This document shows, piece after piece, positions 1-14,642 of a DNA stretch of 64,000 bases. Location: assembly GCF_006345805.1 (NCBI RefSeq), contig NC_043008.1, positions 54,994,001 through 55,058,000 of the forward strand, given 5' to 3'. The notes below the pieces were generated by a model. The model saw nothing but the letters and a program-made list of their open reading frames with translations, searched no databases and was not told where the DNA came from. Origin of the DNA: Octopus sinensis (Eukaryota). Both the position numbers and the translations under genes were made by a program. Within the stretch, counting starts at the first letter, position 1; every line of letters starts with the position of its first letter.

Positions 1-555
1 ACAAGGGGCTAAACACAGAGAGGACAAACAAGGACAGACAAACGGATTAAGTCGATTACATCGACTCCGGTGCGTAACTGGTACTTATTAATCGACCCCG
101 AAAGGATAAGCAAAGTCGACCGCGGCAGAATTTGACTCAGAATACGGCGACGAAATACCTATTTCTTTACTACCCACAAGGGCTAACACAGAGGGGACAA
201 CAAGGACAGACAAAGGATTAAAGTCGATTATATCGACCTCAGGTGCGTAACTGGTACTTATTTAATCGACCCCGAAAGGATGAAAGGCAAAGTCGACCTC
301 GCGAATTTGAACTTAGAACGTAGCGGCAGACGAAATACGTATTCTTACTACCCACAAGGGGCTAAACACAGAGACAAACGGACAGACAAACGGATTAATC
401 GATTATATCAACCCCAGTGCTTAACTGGTACTTAATTTATCGACCCCGAAAGGACGAAAGGCAAGTCGACCTCGGCGGAATTTGAACTCAGAACGTAACG
501 CAGGACGAATAACGGCTACGCATTTCGTCGGCGTGCTATTTCACCAGCTCGCCGC
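1..555 (-). mobile_element. tRNA-derived SINE family A, head-to-tail multimer (about 3 body units), truncated by window edge
   Basis: Reverse complement of GGCGGCGAGCTGG(C)AGAA...GTTCAAATTCCGCCGAGGTCGACTTTGCCTTTCATCCTTTCGGGGTCGAT; A/B-box-like motifs; body repeated with AAAGAAATAG|GTATTTCGTC junctions. Confidence 0.9.
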
Positions 556-1142
556 TTTAGAATATTCTCTTTAGTATTTAACCACGAGTGAGCCGGCAAA
601 TTGGTAAAGTCGAAGAAATAAAAAATTTAGGAAGTATGAAAGGGAAGGATGAGAACAAATATGTGAGAATGTTGACCGTTTTATTTTTTTGAATCCTTGG
701 GTTTTTTTTACTCTGTACTTCTGGCTCCTTCACCATTCATTTCAATTCACATCTGCAGTGAGTTAGCTCGGAAATTCCAAGCGACAATGTAACCTTCATT
801 TAATTAAGGTAATCTCGGCCTTCTGAGTAGCTAAGTTTAGCATCTCCCGTCGAGTAACAATTACATCAGAGGATCAGCTAGCTAAGAAACATCAATCGCT
901 TGACAACCGGTGTTGGTTCATTTACATTCCCTTGATATAACATTTCGGCAAAAGAAGCCGATAGAATGAATAAATATTGGGCTCGATTTGCTCGGCTAAG
1001 CCGTTCAAGGGGGTATCCAGAGTTTTGTTTGTTCCTTCTCAAGCCATGCCTGGCTCATAAGAGCCGGTTTCCCGATTTCATTGGCGTATAGGTTTCCCAC
1101 TTGGACGGGACGCCGGTCCGTCGCAGGTGAGCTGCTAGATGC

Positions 1143-1325
1143 AGGAGGAAAGAGTGAGAGAAAGTTGTGGCGAAAGGGTCAGCAGAAGTTAGTCATAATC
1201 TTCTGCCGGAGCCGCGTGGATCTTAGGTGTTTCGCTCATAAACATACACATCGACCGGTTTGAGATTCGAACCTGCAATTCCTTGATCGCGTGTCCGCTG
1301 CTCTAACCACTTGGCCATGTGCCTC
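1143..1325 (-). mobile_element. SINE family C (tRNA-Arg-like head), 5' part, abutting fragments of other SINE tails at ~890-1140
   Basis: Matches the 5' half of full copies at 15887-16270 and 22818-23201. Confidence 0.75.
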
Positions 1326-2529
1326 CACGTATCCAGAGTAGCCATAGTCCAGTGACTGAAACAAGCAAACGTTATGTTAATTATATATAAATTGTATTTT
1401 TGTATGAATGTTGTATGTACGTTTGTATGTATTTTGCACTCACACAGGCGCGCGCATACAACATAATTGAGTATTACAAAAAAAATGTTTGATTTTAAAT
1501 AATCCAACCAATTTTCTGAAAATTCCTTAAACATCGAAATATAATTCGCTTAAAATTCCAAATATTTACTGGCTAAACTAACAAGCAAAAAACTGATACT
1601 AAACAGAGCTTAAAATCTTGTCAAGCAACAGAAGTATCACGTACAATAGCACATGTCTCACACAACGCACAGCTATATCAACGACCAGTGCACGAATAAT
1701 AGCGACTGAATTAAATATAGACGGCAAAGTAGAACGATTAGCCATGCGTAAGTCTTATATAAGCCTGGAAGGTCACAAAGAAAAGATCGAGATCTGAAAT
1801 ATAGATTATTAAATGAATGAACTGTGTGTAGTGATTAAACACATTCTTAACACCATTAAGCAAATTAAACAAACCACAAAGATATCACAGGAGTGTAACA
1901 ATAACTCAGTAATGAGGAGCAGGGGAGCAATCTCTACGGTGTCGACAAAACTGTTGTAAATGGCATTAATATCTCTTTCAAATCACACTCTTTCGCTTTA
2001 GATATATAGAAAGATCTCCAATAAATAGAAAAGAATATAGAAGATCCATTTATTTTTAGGGCTGTTCATGCTTGGATTGCCTGTTATAGATCATACTCGG
2101 AATACTCTTGATTATAGGATGTAGTTGGAGCGCCTTTGATCTTAGGCTTGCTCAGTCGGGGCCAACCTGGGGTTACACGGCCATGACAATAACACCTGTA
2201 CTCTACATTAGGTGATGTAGTTGTTGTAGACGCAATACGCGTATTAACAACAGAAGGCATGGTCAAAACCTGGAATGTCTGTCATCATAGGTCTTCTCGA
2301 GCAGATTGATCTGGAACAAAGCAACATCAGCGATAAAAACAGCTGCAGCAAGCACTAACAGCAACAATAACTGCAGCAATAACACCAACCACAATAACAA
2401 CAGTAATAACTACTAGTTTTATACCATAAAATGTAAGAAAATTTTAGATTCACTGAGTACAACGGGATGGAATTTCATTCGTCAATTATAAAACACCTCA
2501 TCTAAAATGTCGTAAAATTCAGCGAGAAA

Positions 2530-2900
2530 TCCGACATCTCACTGATGCTGAGAAGTCTCATTTTTTTTTTCTTTGATAACTCCTTCTGGATAAAAAAGAA
2601 AGCAATGAGATATTCGATATATCATTGCTTCGATATTCGATAACAACATGGGCAGCTTCGATGGAGTCGAAGTGTCTGCGTTGGTAGGAGGTCTTGTTTA
2701 TCTTAATGAGATTCAGAAATTAATTCAACTCCTTTGTCATTGCTACTTAGAGAAATGACGAGTTATTAAATTTCCGTGGCATGAACGGTTATTACTTGAA
2801 CATATTGAAAAGATTTAATTCAAATATTCAAAAATGTCATGCTTAAAATAACCTTATGGTTTTTAACGCTTTAAATGTCACGCTTCTAATTAATGGCAAT
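2530..2900 (+). mobile_element. Penelope-like element reverse transcriptase relic (frameshifted)
   Basis: Translated pieces (A)RKSL..F.DNSFWIKK.SNEIFDI, MGSFDGVEVSALVG, (Y)LRxD, EHIEKDLIQIFK resemble PLE RT motifs (ARKSLLF..W.KK..FDVTMGSFDGAEV..LVG..YRDD). Confidence 0.75.
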
Positions 2901-4179
2901 TAATATCCTTATTGAATGCAAAAAAAAAGGTATGATAAATATTGATTTCAAATTTTGACACAAGGCCGGCAATTTTGGAGGAGGGGACTAGTCGATTACA
3001 TCGACCCCAGTGCTCAACTGGAACTTATTTTATCGGATGAAAGGTAAAGTCGGACTCGGCGGAATTTGAACTCAGAACGTAAAGACGGACGCATTTTTCC
3101 CGTGTTAATGATTCTACCAGATCGCCGCCTTAGGTGCAGTACATATTGTTTTCTAATCGTGGAATGCAACCACAAAATTTTGGTGGACGCTTAGTCATTA
3201 AATTGTCACCAGTGCTACTCTGGTCCTTTATGTTATCAACTCCGGAAGCCTAAAAGGAAAAATTGCCATTAGCGAGATTATTACCCAGCAGATATTCAAA
3301 AAAATCCTAATAATCTATCTGTATTAGATTTTTCAAAATTTCGTCGATATTATAAAATATGTATGCCATACATATTCCGACATATATTTAGTCATATCAT
3401 AAATTATTATAATGATGCATCGAGAAGCTTACATGGAACCTGGAGTATGCATGATACATAAAATACAGAACGAGGATAATTATGGGACAGGCCATTTTTT
3501 AACATGAATATATTTATGTTAAGAAGTGGCTTGAACCAAAATTGTTTCCTTTTTCTAACTGTATTTTGTTCTTTTATATAACTGGAAATTTCTCAACGTT
3601 AACCAAAAATATTTTCCTATAAACTTGTACATCGCAATTTGTTCGACAAAAGTTAGCTATAGTGTAAGAGAAAACATGACAAGAAAACATATGTACCCAA
3701 AATATTGTATTTCTCAAGTTCGAAGTTTCGCAAAAAGATAAGCACTTTGCACACAAAATACGCTGCAAAAGTTAAAGTAGTAAATGTCCACCATATACGA
3801 GTAACTGAAATAGAAACTATCTAAAGAAGCCTCAAATATAACAGTCTAAAAATCACTTTTATAAAACTAAAAGCTTTATCGTCAACTACTTTCATTTACT
3901 TTACTGTAAACAATACAGCAAGCAATTTTACAACCCCAATATCTTAAAAATGAAATTATACCCCAGTAAAGCTACACAAGCTAAACGACTATAGAGATTT
4001 TGTAACATACATAAAATTGTCCATTCAGTACATGAATACTACAATGAACATTTACACATACGTATAGGACATGATAACACACGAGAAGTGCATGCTTTCA
4101 AAGAGTATGATATGAAAAAAAAAACTTAGCATAGTAGCCCTACTTATATCACAACCATTTACACCATCGGATTATAAAA

Positions 4180-4593
4180 GGTGGCGAGCTGGCAGAAACG
4201 CTAGCACGCCGGGCGAAATGCGTAGCTGTATTTCGTCTGCCGTTGCGTTCTGAGCTCAAATTCCGCCGATGTCGACTTTGCCTTTCATCCTTTCGGGGTC
4301 GATAAATTAAGTACTAGTTACGCACTGGGATCGATGCAATCGACTTAATCCGTTTGTCTGTCCTTGTTTGTCCTCTCTGTGTTTAGCCCCTTGTAGGTAG
4401 TAAAGAAATAGGGATTTCGTCTACTCTACGTTCTGAGTTCAAATTCCGTGGAGGTCGACTTTGCCTTTCATCCTTTCGGGGTCGATAATTTAAGTACCAA
4501 TTACGCACTGGGATCGATGCAATCGACTTAATCCGTTTGTCTGTCCTTGTTTGTCTTCTCTGTGTTTAGCCTCTTGTGGGTAGTAAAGAAATA
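4180..4593 (+). mobile_element. SINE family A dimer with target-site duplication
   Basis: Head GGTGGCGAGCTGGCAGAA, two body units; TSD GGATTATAAAA at 4169-4179 and 4594-4604. Confidence 0.92.
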
Positions 4594-5129
4594 GGATTAT
4601 AAAACCTGTTAACCCTTAACACACTCCAAACACAACATTTGTAAAATACACCAATGCACATGTGTGTCCTGGTTGAAAACCAATCCAGATACCACTGTAG
4701 GTGACACAATGGCATCTTAACTACATTCCTTTTACATTCTAAATATCCAACACACCGACATATCTACTCACCATGCTAATAGCAACTGCTCACCGTTTTT
4801 TAACCTTTCATTTTTTAATAAAGAGTTTGGGATCCATTAACTTTGATATCAATAACCGCTTGATAACATCGTTCATGATTATAAATAAGCTGATGTATAC
4901 AAAGAAGGCATACGTATAAATACACACATGCATCAACGCATACACATGCACACACTCATAATCTAACTCATAATCTATTCCTTAATCAATAAATGGAAAA
5001 TGCTTCGCCGATTTCCTTTTATGTTTACCGACGAAGATATTTTGGAGATTTAAGTTAATTTAACCTTTCTTCTCTCACCACGTATTGATCGCCTCACTCC
5101 ATACTGATCGCTTATCTCGCCACACATTT

Positions 5130-5139
5130 AACACACATC

Positions 5140-5195
<56 letters not shown>

Positions 5196-5588
5196 ACACA
5201 CACACACACACATACACACACACACACACACACATACACACACATACCCGCTACACACACACACATACACACACATACCCGCTACACACACACACATACA
5301 CACTCATACCCGCTACACACACACACATATATACTCCACACACATACATACATACACTATATACACTACACACACACAAACACATATGTACAGAGAGAGA
5401 GAGAGAGACATATACATATATGGATGAATGGATAAATGACTGGATGGAGGTAGCGTGGGAGGGAGGGATACCTGTAGATACATACATACACACACACACA
5501 ACACACACACATATGTAAATATATGTGTGTGTGCGTGTGTGTATATAGATAGATAGACAGACAGACGGACGGACGGACGGACGGACGG

Positions 5589-5627
<39 letters not shown>

Positions 5628-5628
5628 G

Positions 5629-5710
<82 letters not shown>

Positions 5711-5781
5711 GGACGGACGGACGGACGGACGGGCGGGCGGGCGGATGGATGGATGGATGGATGGATGGATGGATGGATGGG

Positions 5782-5841
<60 letters not shown>

Positions 5842-5960
5842 CAGATAGAAATCTCATTAATTTCTACCCAGCACGTCTTTCCCTCTACTAATCTCTCATA
5901 CTCTATCTCTCTCTCCCTTCCTCCTCTCTCTCTCTATCTGTCCTTCTCTCTCTCCCTCAT
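5130..5960. repeat. Compound microsatellite (CA)n/(GACA)n/(GGAC)n/(GA)n/(GGAT)n/(GATA)n
   Basis: Direct reading; source of spurious HT/CV/SIYL ORFs. Confidence 0.95.
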
Positions 5961-6395
5961 TAAACTTTTGCTACGATAAACCCATTATTTTCTCTTTGTC
6001 TATAAACATTTAATCAGATTCATAATCAGTCTCTTAATAAACATATTTTCCCCACTTTTTATTTGTTTGCTCACTATGTTTATTTCGTTTCGTTTCGTGG
6101 TCGTTCGCCGATTATTAATGCTACACTTGTTTTGAATTAATCCGTGGCTTCAGTTGTCAAACCTTTGTATGTTAACTTTATGCTTGCGTTGTTGTTCAGT
6201 TTATATGGTGTGGGTTAGATTGGAGCCGGAGACTTCAACGCCTTTTACTCGAAGAGTCGCAGAATAATCATGAAGCTTACCACGGTTTTGAAGGTATTAA
6301 TTGGTTGGTTTACAGATATATATTTTATCTCATTCTTTACGCATATACAATACACAGACGTGTATGTGAATGCAAATTTAGATAGATAGACAGAC

Positions 6396-6472
<77 letters not shown>

Positions 6473-6759
6473 CATTTATATTCATACAGACATACATACA
6501 TGCGTATATATATATATGTTTGTATGTATGTATGCGTGAATATAAATGTATGTATATATCTATATGTGTGTGCGTGTGTGCATATATGTATTTACGAGCG
6601 GCTTCTTTCAGTTTCCCTCTACCAAATCCACTCACAAGGCTTTGATCAGCCCGAGGCTATATTAGAAGACACTTATTACGCAGGCGCGCACGCACACACG
6701 CACACTCACTCACTCACACACACACTCACTCGCACACTCACACACTATATATATATATA

Positions 6760-6960
6760 GTGAGACATTACATAAAACAAAAGACGAAAACGCGTGTGTA
6801 AACAACAAACAGATGTATTAGTTTAACGCTCGGGAAGTGAGAAAGTCTTTTACATTTCGAGCCTACGCTCTTCGACAGAAGGACACACAGAAATAAACAG
6901 GGAGAGAAAATAGAAAAGATATAGTGGCTAACGATCTATCATGGCGATTGCCGGACAGAT
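6760..6960 (-). mobile_element. Short Penelope-type terminal-repeat relic family (GAGCGTAGGCTCGAAAC motif)
   Basis: Same family at 13260-13470 (+) and 26765-26950 (+); all adjacent to (TA)n; conserved hairpin GAGC-GTAG-GCTC followed by GAAAC. Confidence 0.6.
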
Positions 6961-7359
6961 GGGTCACACAGGAGTGCTAGGAAGAAAGGGAGATAATAAA
7001 ATAGTGGTGATCCCAAAATGAAGGTGCGCGTGCATGTCTATGTGAGAGTGTATATGTGCGTGTGGAAGGGGGCTGGTGATATTGAAGTGTGCATTTGTGC
7101 ATTTGTAGGTGTGTGGATGATGGTGTAGATGCTGGGAAATGGTCAGTGCTAGTGTTGTGGGGTGGTGGTATGTGGTGTGGTGTGGTATTGTGGTCTGTGG
7201 TGTGGAGGTGTGTGGTGTGGTGTGGTGGCATAGTGTGGTGTGTGGTGTGGCGGTGTGGTGTGATGCTCCGGAAATAAAGGAAAAAAGAAGAGGAAGTGTC
7301 TTTAACATTTCGGGTATAAATTCTGCTACTGAAAGATAGAATAGAGACGAAGAAAAAAG

Positions 7360-8215
7360 AACGGTATGTATGTGTGCATACATGTATGTGTGCATACATG
7401 TATGTATGTATGTATGTATGTGTGTGTGAGTATGCATGTATGTATGTATGCATGTATGTATGTATGCATGCATGTATTGCGTGTATATATGTATTTACAT
7501 AGATATATACATATTTACATACAGGCACATACATTTATGCTTACATTCGTACACAGATGCATATAATGCATACATACATACATACATACATACATACACG
7601 TACGTACACAGATACACAGGTACCTATGTGCGTACGTACATACAAGCATGCAACATATATATATATATATACTTTCATACTAACGTACGTACGTACAAAC
7701 ATACATGCATGCACACATACATCATTCTATATATGTCTAGATATGAAGCTACATGCATGAAAATACATATATAAAGCAAAACATACAAATCTGCACATAC
7801 TTTGACTCCATATATTGCACATACACGCACAAACATGCACAAATATCCTGTACGTGTTGTTGAAACTCCAATGAAGAATCTAGGTTAGAGACCAGCTCTT
7901 TATTGTCAAGAAATCTTGAAATAAAACTGCATGATAACGTATGTACATACACATACATGAACATACATACGCATACATACATACATACACACATGCATAC
8001 ATACATACATACATACATACATACATACATACATACATACATACATACATACATGCATGCATGCATACATGCATACATTCATACAGCATACATACATACA
8101 TACATACATACATACAATCATACATCATACATACATACATACATACAATCATGCATATATACATGCATACATACATACATGCATACATACATGCATACAT
8201 ACATACATGCATACA

Positions 8216-8249
<34 letters not shown>

Positions 8250-8560
8250 CATGCATACATACATACATACTACATACACCATGCATGCATACATACATAC
8301 ATCATTCATCAACATACTACATCATACATACAACATACATACATGAGACATACATACATACATAGATACATACATACATACATACATACATACACACATG
8401 CATGCATACATACATACATACATTCATACATACATACATACATTCATACATACATACATACATACATACATACATACATAGATACATACATACATACATA
8501 CATGCATATATACATACACACATACATACATACACATACATACATACATACAATGGTGTA
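7360..8560. repeat. Long (CATA)n/(CATG)n microsatellite field
   Basis: Direct reading; explains the HTYI/MYVC ORFs. Confidence 0.95.
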
Positions 8561-9299
8561 CTTTTATATATCAAGATGGTCTAAGTACAAAAGGCAATTA
8601 GAAAACATGCAACATGCTTCAACATACATGATTGTATAGTACAAATACCTATTAATGAGAAGAAGCGGGGGGAGGGGTTTACAGTGGTAGGGAGGAGAAG
8701 GAGGGGGAGGAAGAAGAAAGGGAGTTGGAAGGAGACGGGTGAAGGGTGGGGGGGGTTTCTACCTTTGGTACGTCTCGCCATCGATTTTCTCAGGTGGAGC
8801 TGGGTAGAGAGAGGTTCGATTCGACATCCCAGTACTTGGCTGGAAGTTATTTTATCGAAAAAAAAAAAGAAAAAAATGAAATAGAGGAAAAAAGAGTAAC
8901 AACAACGACGTAGACAAGAGTAACAGTGTGAACAATATCAACAGCAGCAACAACAACAAGAAAATTTGACTGACAGACAATCACAACTGTGCTACTACGC
9001 CACTTCACAGATAAAAGTGACATGTTAAATGACAAGGAAAATCACCAGATTTTGTTTGTTTAGACACAAACAAATGAAGATAAACTCATTATGAATACAT
9101 ACATTTACATATAAAAGCGCACACACGCACGCACAAATACACACAAACACGTTGCATGTGTCTGGGTGTGTGTATGTAGTAATTATAATTTTGGGTATAC
9201 ACCTAGTAGTATGCCGTTTAAAGCACGTTCCACTGTCTTCGGCTACCTGATGTCATCAACAGTATGGCAAGAAATTGGCAAGAAATCTTGAAATGAACT

Positions 9300-9860
9300 G
9301 AATAATGACATACATACACACCTACATACATATATGCATGCATACATACATACATGCATGTATACATATATACATGCATGCATAATACATACATATATGC
9401 ATGCATGCATACATACATACATACATACATAAATACATGCATGCATACATATATACATGCATGCATACATACATACATGCATATATACATACATGTATGC
9501 CTGCCTGCATACATACATACATCCATACATGCATGCATACATACATATATGCATGCATACATACATGCATGCATACATACGTATATGCATGCATACATAC
9601 ATACACACATGCATGCATGCATACATACATACACACATACACACATACATAATACATACATAAATACATACATACATATATGCATGCATACATACATACA
9701 TACATGCATGCATACATATACACAGGCATGCATGCACACATACATACATACATGCAAGCATGCATATATACATACATACGCATACACAAATACATACATA
9801 CATACATACATACATACATACATACATACATACATACATACATACATACATACATACAGA
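9300..9860. repeat. (CATA)n/(CATG)n microsatellite
   Basis: Direct reading. Confidence 0.95.
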
Positions 9861-9979
9861 AAACTGCACAAATAATAAACGCTCTGGCTTGCTTTTATTA
9901 TTGTTGTCTTCTCACAAATTTAAGGCATTAAGGATTTTGAGCGACGAAACATTCGTTTAATTCCGATTAAGACCGTTAA

Positions 9980-10316
9980 TCTTTATATATAAAACTGTAG
10001 TTGTGTGAGTGTCTGTCCCCTTCGATTTAGATTCCTAACTACTCCCACATTTTAACCAAAACCGGGTATCTTATAGTCGTGATTCATATCGAGCCCTTCT
10101 GGGTATTAGCGCACGTCTACGATGAGTCTACGTGTTAAAAAAAAAATTTACCATCATTTTTTTCCATTTTCATGCATATTTTTTTAAAGGGAAGCCAACG
10201 ATTTTTTAAAAAATTTACCATCATATTTTTTCCATTTTTAATGCATTTTTTTGCTATTTTTTGGCTGTATAGTTATTTCCCTTACAAATCCGAGCAACGC
10301 CGGGCGATACTGCTAG
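9980..10316 (+). mobile_element. Non-autonomous Helitron-type element
   Basis: 5' A|TCTTTATATATAAAA...GTGTGAGTGTCTGTC; 3' CCGAGCAACGCCGGG hairpin-like motif then CTAG|T; sits between A9979 and T10317 with no TSD. Confidence 0.75.
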
Positions 10317-10559
10317 TTGTATTTAAAACAGTTTCTTTCCTTGTATGAGGAGGGAGTTGTCTGGAAGAAGAGTAGATGTAGCACAACAATAATAACTGTT
10401 TGTCCCAAAACGAGTAAGATCTTGACAATAACATCATATACGGTGGTGGGTGAGAAAAAGAACGGTTAGCTAAAGTCCAACTGGGAGGTGAGAGTGAAAG
10501 GAAGAGAAATCGAATGAACGGCAGAAAGAGAAGAAGGGAGATAAAACGAGGAAAATGAT

Positions 10560-11240
<681 letters not shown>

Positions 11241-11515
11241 AGCAATTGTAAAAAAAAATTCAAAATGAAAGCGAGATTCGGAAGAGTGTCGGGTGGGCGG
11301 TATAATATCAAAAGATTAGATTAAAGCGGGCGGAAGAGGAGACACCCGTTCACCCCGTTTAGTAAAGTGGTTGGGCTGGGATAAAAAAGAAAAGTGGGCG
11401 GGTGGCAGTGATTGCGATTATGTAAAGAATGATGTGACAGTATGTGGTATAGAATTGTGATATGAATAACAACAACAACAACGATGACGACGACGAAGAC
11501 GACAACAACGACAAC

Positions 11516-11564
<49 letters not shown>

Positions 11565-11784
11565 GTAATAATAATAATAATAATAATAATACTTTCTATT
11601 ATAGGGGAAGGCTAAATCTATTTTGACCCAGTACTCAATTTGTACTTATATCATCGACCACGAAAGGATGAAAGTCGACCTCCGCAGAATTTGAACTCAT
11701 AGCGTAAAAAACGGATGAAATGCCGCTAAGCATTTTCGTTCTGCGCGCAAACGATTCAGCCAGCTCGCCGCCCAATAATAATAA

Positions 11785-12150
11785 TAATCCTTTCTACTAA
11801 AGGCACAAGGCCTGAAATTTTGGGGAAGGAGACTAGTCGATTTTTCATTGGTACTTAATTTATCGACCCCCGAAAGGATGAAAGGCCAAGTCGACCTCGG
11901 CGGAATTTGAACTCAGAATACCTATTTCTTTACTACCCACAAGGGGCTAAATACAGAGAGGACAAACAAGGGCAGATAAACGGATTAAGTCGATTACATC
12001 GACCCCACTGCGTAACTGGTACTTATTTAATCGACTCCGTAAGGATGAAAGGCAAAGTCGACCGCGGAATTTGAACTCACAACGTAACGACAGACGAAAT
12101 ACCGCTAAGCATTTCGCCCGGCGTGCTAACGTTTCTGCCAGCTCACCGCC
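11785..12150 (-). mobile_element. SINE family A (multimer), followed by (AGT)n
   Basis: Same consensus as other A copies; head end ...CCAGCTCACCGCC near 12150. Confidence 0.88.
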
Positions 12151-12153
12151 TTA

Positions 12154-12188
<35 letters not shown>

Positions 12189-12410
12189 TAGTAGTAGTAG
12201 TAACCGACGCAGTTTTAATCTCAAAAGGCAACTTCGTTGTGCTATTTATTTACTTTTATGTATAATTTTACCCTCACGGAAAGCAATACTCTCGTATTGC
12301 ATTACTATTTTCATTGAAACTTCTTCACTGTTTTCGTTCTGTCAACGTTTTGGCGTTCAGTCGAGTGTACTGGCATAGATGTGGCAACATTTGAAATATT
12401 GTCGAGGTAT

Positions 12411-12482
12411 ATGTGGCTGATGAGGATAAATCAAATATATGTGGGCAGACATATTTTGAAAAATCTGAAACCGGTACCGCAT
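12411..12482 (+). ncRNA. Type I hammerhead ribozyme motif
   Basis: Stem I ATGTGG(12411-16)/CCGCAT(12477-82); core CTGATGA 12417-23; long imperfect stem II 12424-66; GAAA 12467-70; palindromic stem III ACCGGT; predicted cleavage GUA after 12476. Confidence 0.75.
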
Positions 12483-12668
12483 TATCCATTTCTAGGTATT
12501 TCATTTTTCAGATGTTCTCCCTAGACGTAAGACAATTTTTTTCATGTTTGTTGCACACACGCATTTTTGCTAGTACATACGCAGTGAAGCTATACATTAG
12601 CGTCGTATTTATTACGTTCGCTATTTTCCAGTAAATATCGGTACTTCGTTGTGCCATTTATTTACTTT

Positions 12669-12731
<63 letters not shown>

Positions 12732-13476
12732 TGTATGTATATATGTGTTTTATATATATATATATATATATATTTATTTATTTATTTATTTATTTATATA
12801 TTTATATTTTATCTAGTTTCAGCTCTCGAGCTGTGGCCATATATACAACTCACCTGTCTCTCGAAATTGTGGATGACAATCAATCTAATCCCAGCTACTT
12901 AGATCTTCTGACAGTGAGTGATTACAGAAAGATTTAGCAGCTTTTCATAGCTGGGTTCCTTGTTGTCATCTCTCAACCCAAACTTCACATTGTTCTGAAC
13001 GGGAGCGTTCAAAATTGTCTGCGCTTTGATGATGAATGACGAAACTATTACGCTGTTTCTGTCACGAGAGAAAGTTTTCCAGTTATTGACATTAATGTTA
13101 CAGTTTACCTTTACATAAAATATATACATGTGGTGTGCTTTGGCACGTGAATACATGAAAATATCACGTGTTCTATACGCCATAATTGAATAGATGAAAT
13201 GCATAAGCTTTTAAATAAATGTTGACATGCGTGTACGTACATATATATATATATATATACAATCAGATCGCCATGTTGGTTCGTTAGTTACTGCACGCAT
13301 TTTTTTTCTCTCCTTCTTTCTGTGTTTTTTTCTCTCTGTGTATCTTTCTGCTGAAGAGCGTAGGCTCGAAACGTTAAAGACTTGTTTTATTTATATTTCC
13401 TAAGCGCCATACTAATACAATTGTTTGTTTGTTTCCACCTGCCTTCGTCTTTTGTCTATTTTCATAAAGCTTCCCG

Positions 13477-13513
<37 letters not shown>

Positions 13514-13798
13514 AGACATAACTAAAAATGTAATTGGTGGACCGCTCGTGTTTTTGACGCTCGAATCGATCTAATAATTGCATTTCTGACAAACTCTACC
13601 GAAGATTTATAGATGTAAGTGTAGTAAAACTACATATGCATAGTAATGAACAATTGTATAGAGTCAATCTATTTTATTCGTTGTATTTCACTTCCTCCCG
13701 TTAAATGTATGTTGATTCTAGTTGGAAACAGATCTTCTGTGGTTGCTTCGGAGCTATTTTTAGCACTAGAGTTATCCACATAGTGGATAACTCTCTAA

Positions 13799-13836
<38 letters not shown>

Positions 13837-13844
13837 TAGTAGTA

Positions 13845-14069
13845 ACCTATTTCTGTATTACCCACAAGGGGCTAAACATAGAAGGGACAAACAAGGACAG
13901 ACAAATGGATTAAGTGGATTACATCGACCCCAGTGCGTAACTGGTACTTAATTTATCGACCCCGAAAGGATGAAAGGCAAAGTTGACCTCGGCGGAATTT
14001 GAACTCACAACGTAAGGACAGACGAAATACCGCTAAGCATTTCGCCCGGCGTGCTAACGTTTCTGCCAG
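13845..14069 (-). mobile_element. SINE family A, duplicate of the 11918-12150 copy including flank
   Basis: Shares variants (CTCACAACGTAA, GCTCACCGCC) and downstream (AGT)n-AACCGAC.CAGTTTTAATCTCAAAAGGCAACTT. Confidence 0.88.
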
Positions 14070-14081
14070 CTCACCGCCTTA

Positions 14082-14152
<71 letters not shown>

Positions 14153-14642
14153 ACCGACACAGTTTTAATCTCAAAAGGCAACTTGACATAGATGCCTTGT
14201 TAGAATACCGAATATTACATTATTAATCTCGAGAGATCGTTCCTCTGATATAGGCGTTTGGTGAATAAAAAGCAAATTCGTAGATCAAAGCGGACGAGAA
14301 GCGTCTGTCATGGGCCCCGGAATTCCCATATCACGTTACTTCATTCTACAGGAAATCATCAACGGGAACCATCAGGGCACCGCATACCATTCAAATCTCG
14401 CTGTTCCGATGTATAGAATACCAGCAAATAAGCCTACCAGCAAATAGCCAGAAGGCTTATTAAAAATGAATTATTAGCGATGGAAGCAGTTTTAATACCA
14501 AAAGACAATCTTTATATCAAACTTAACATGGGTGTTCTGTTAAACACCGAATACTACGTTGTTAGCCTTGGGAGATCCCCTCATATAGGAGCTTGGTGAA
14601 TAAAAGCAGACACATAGATCGTAAATCGTGCTTTTATATATA

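Noticed and set aside
12822-12912. Possible H1 helix-1 exon (NQSNPSYLDLLT, donor GTGAGT)
   Set aside because: The apparent acceptor is the reverse complement of a SINE tail (GTTTCAGCT...GAGCTGTGGCCAT), the phase does not join 17803 or 18006 directly, and it is 5 kb away
12899-13204. 101-aa minus-strand ORF with ordinary composition
   Set aside because: No recognisable motif or convincing splice context; length is compatible with chance
13769-13796. Hairpin containing TTATCCACA (bacterial DnaA box)
   Set aside because: A single 9-mer in a short palindrome in eukaryotic DNA; expected by chance
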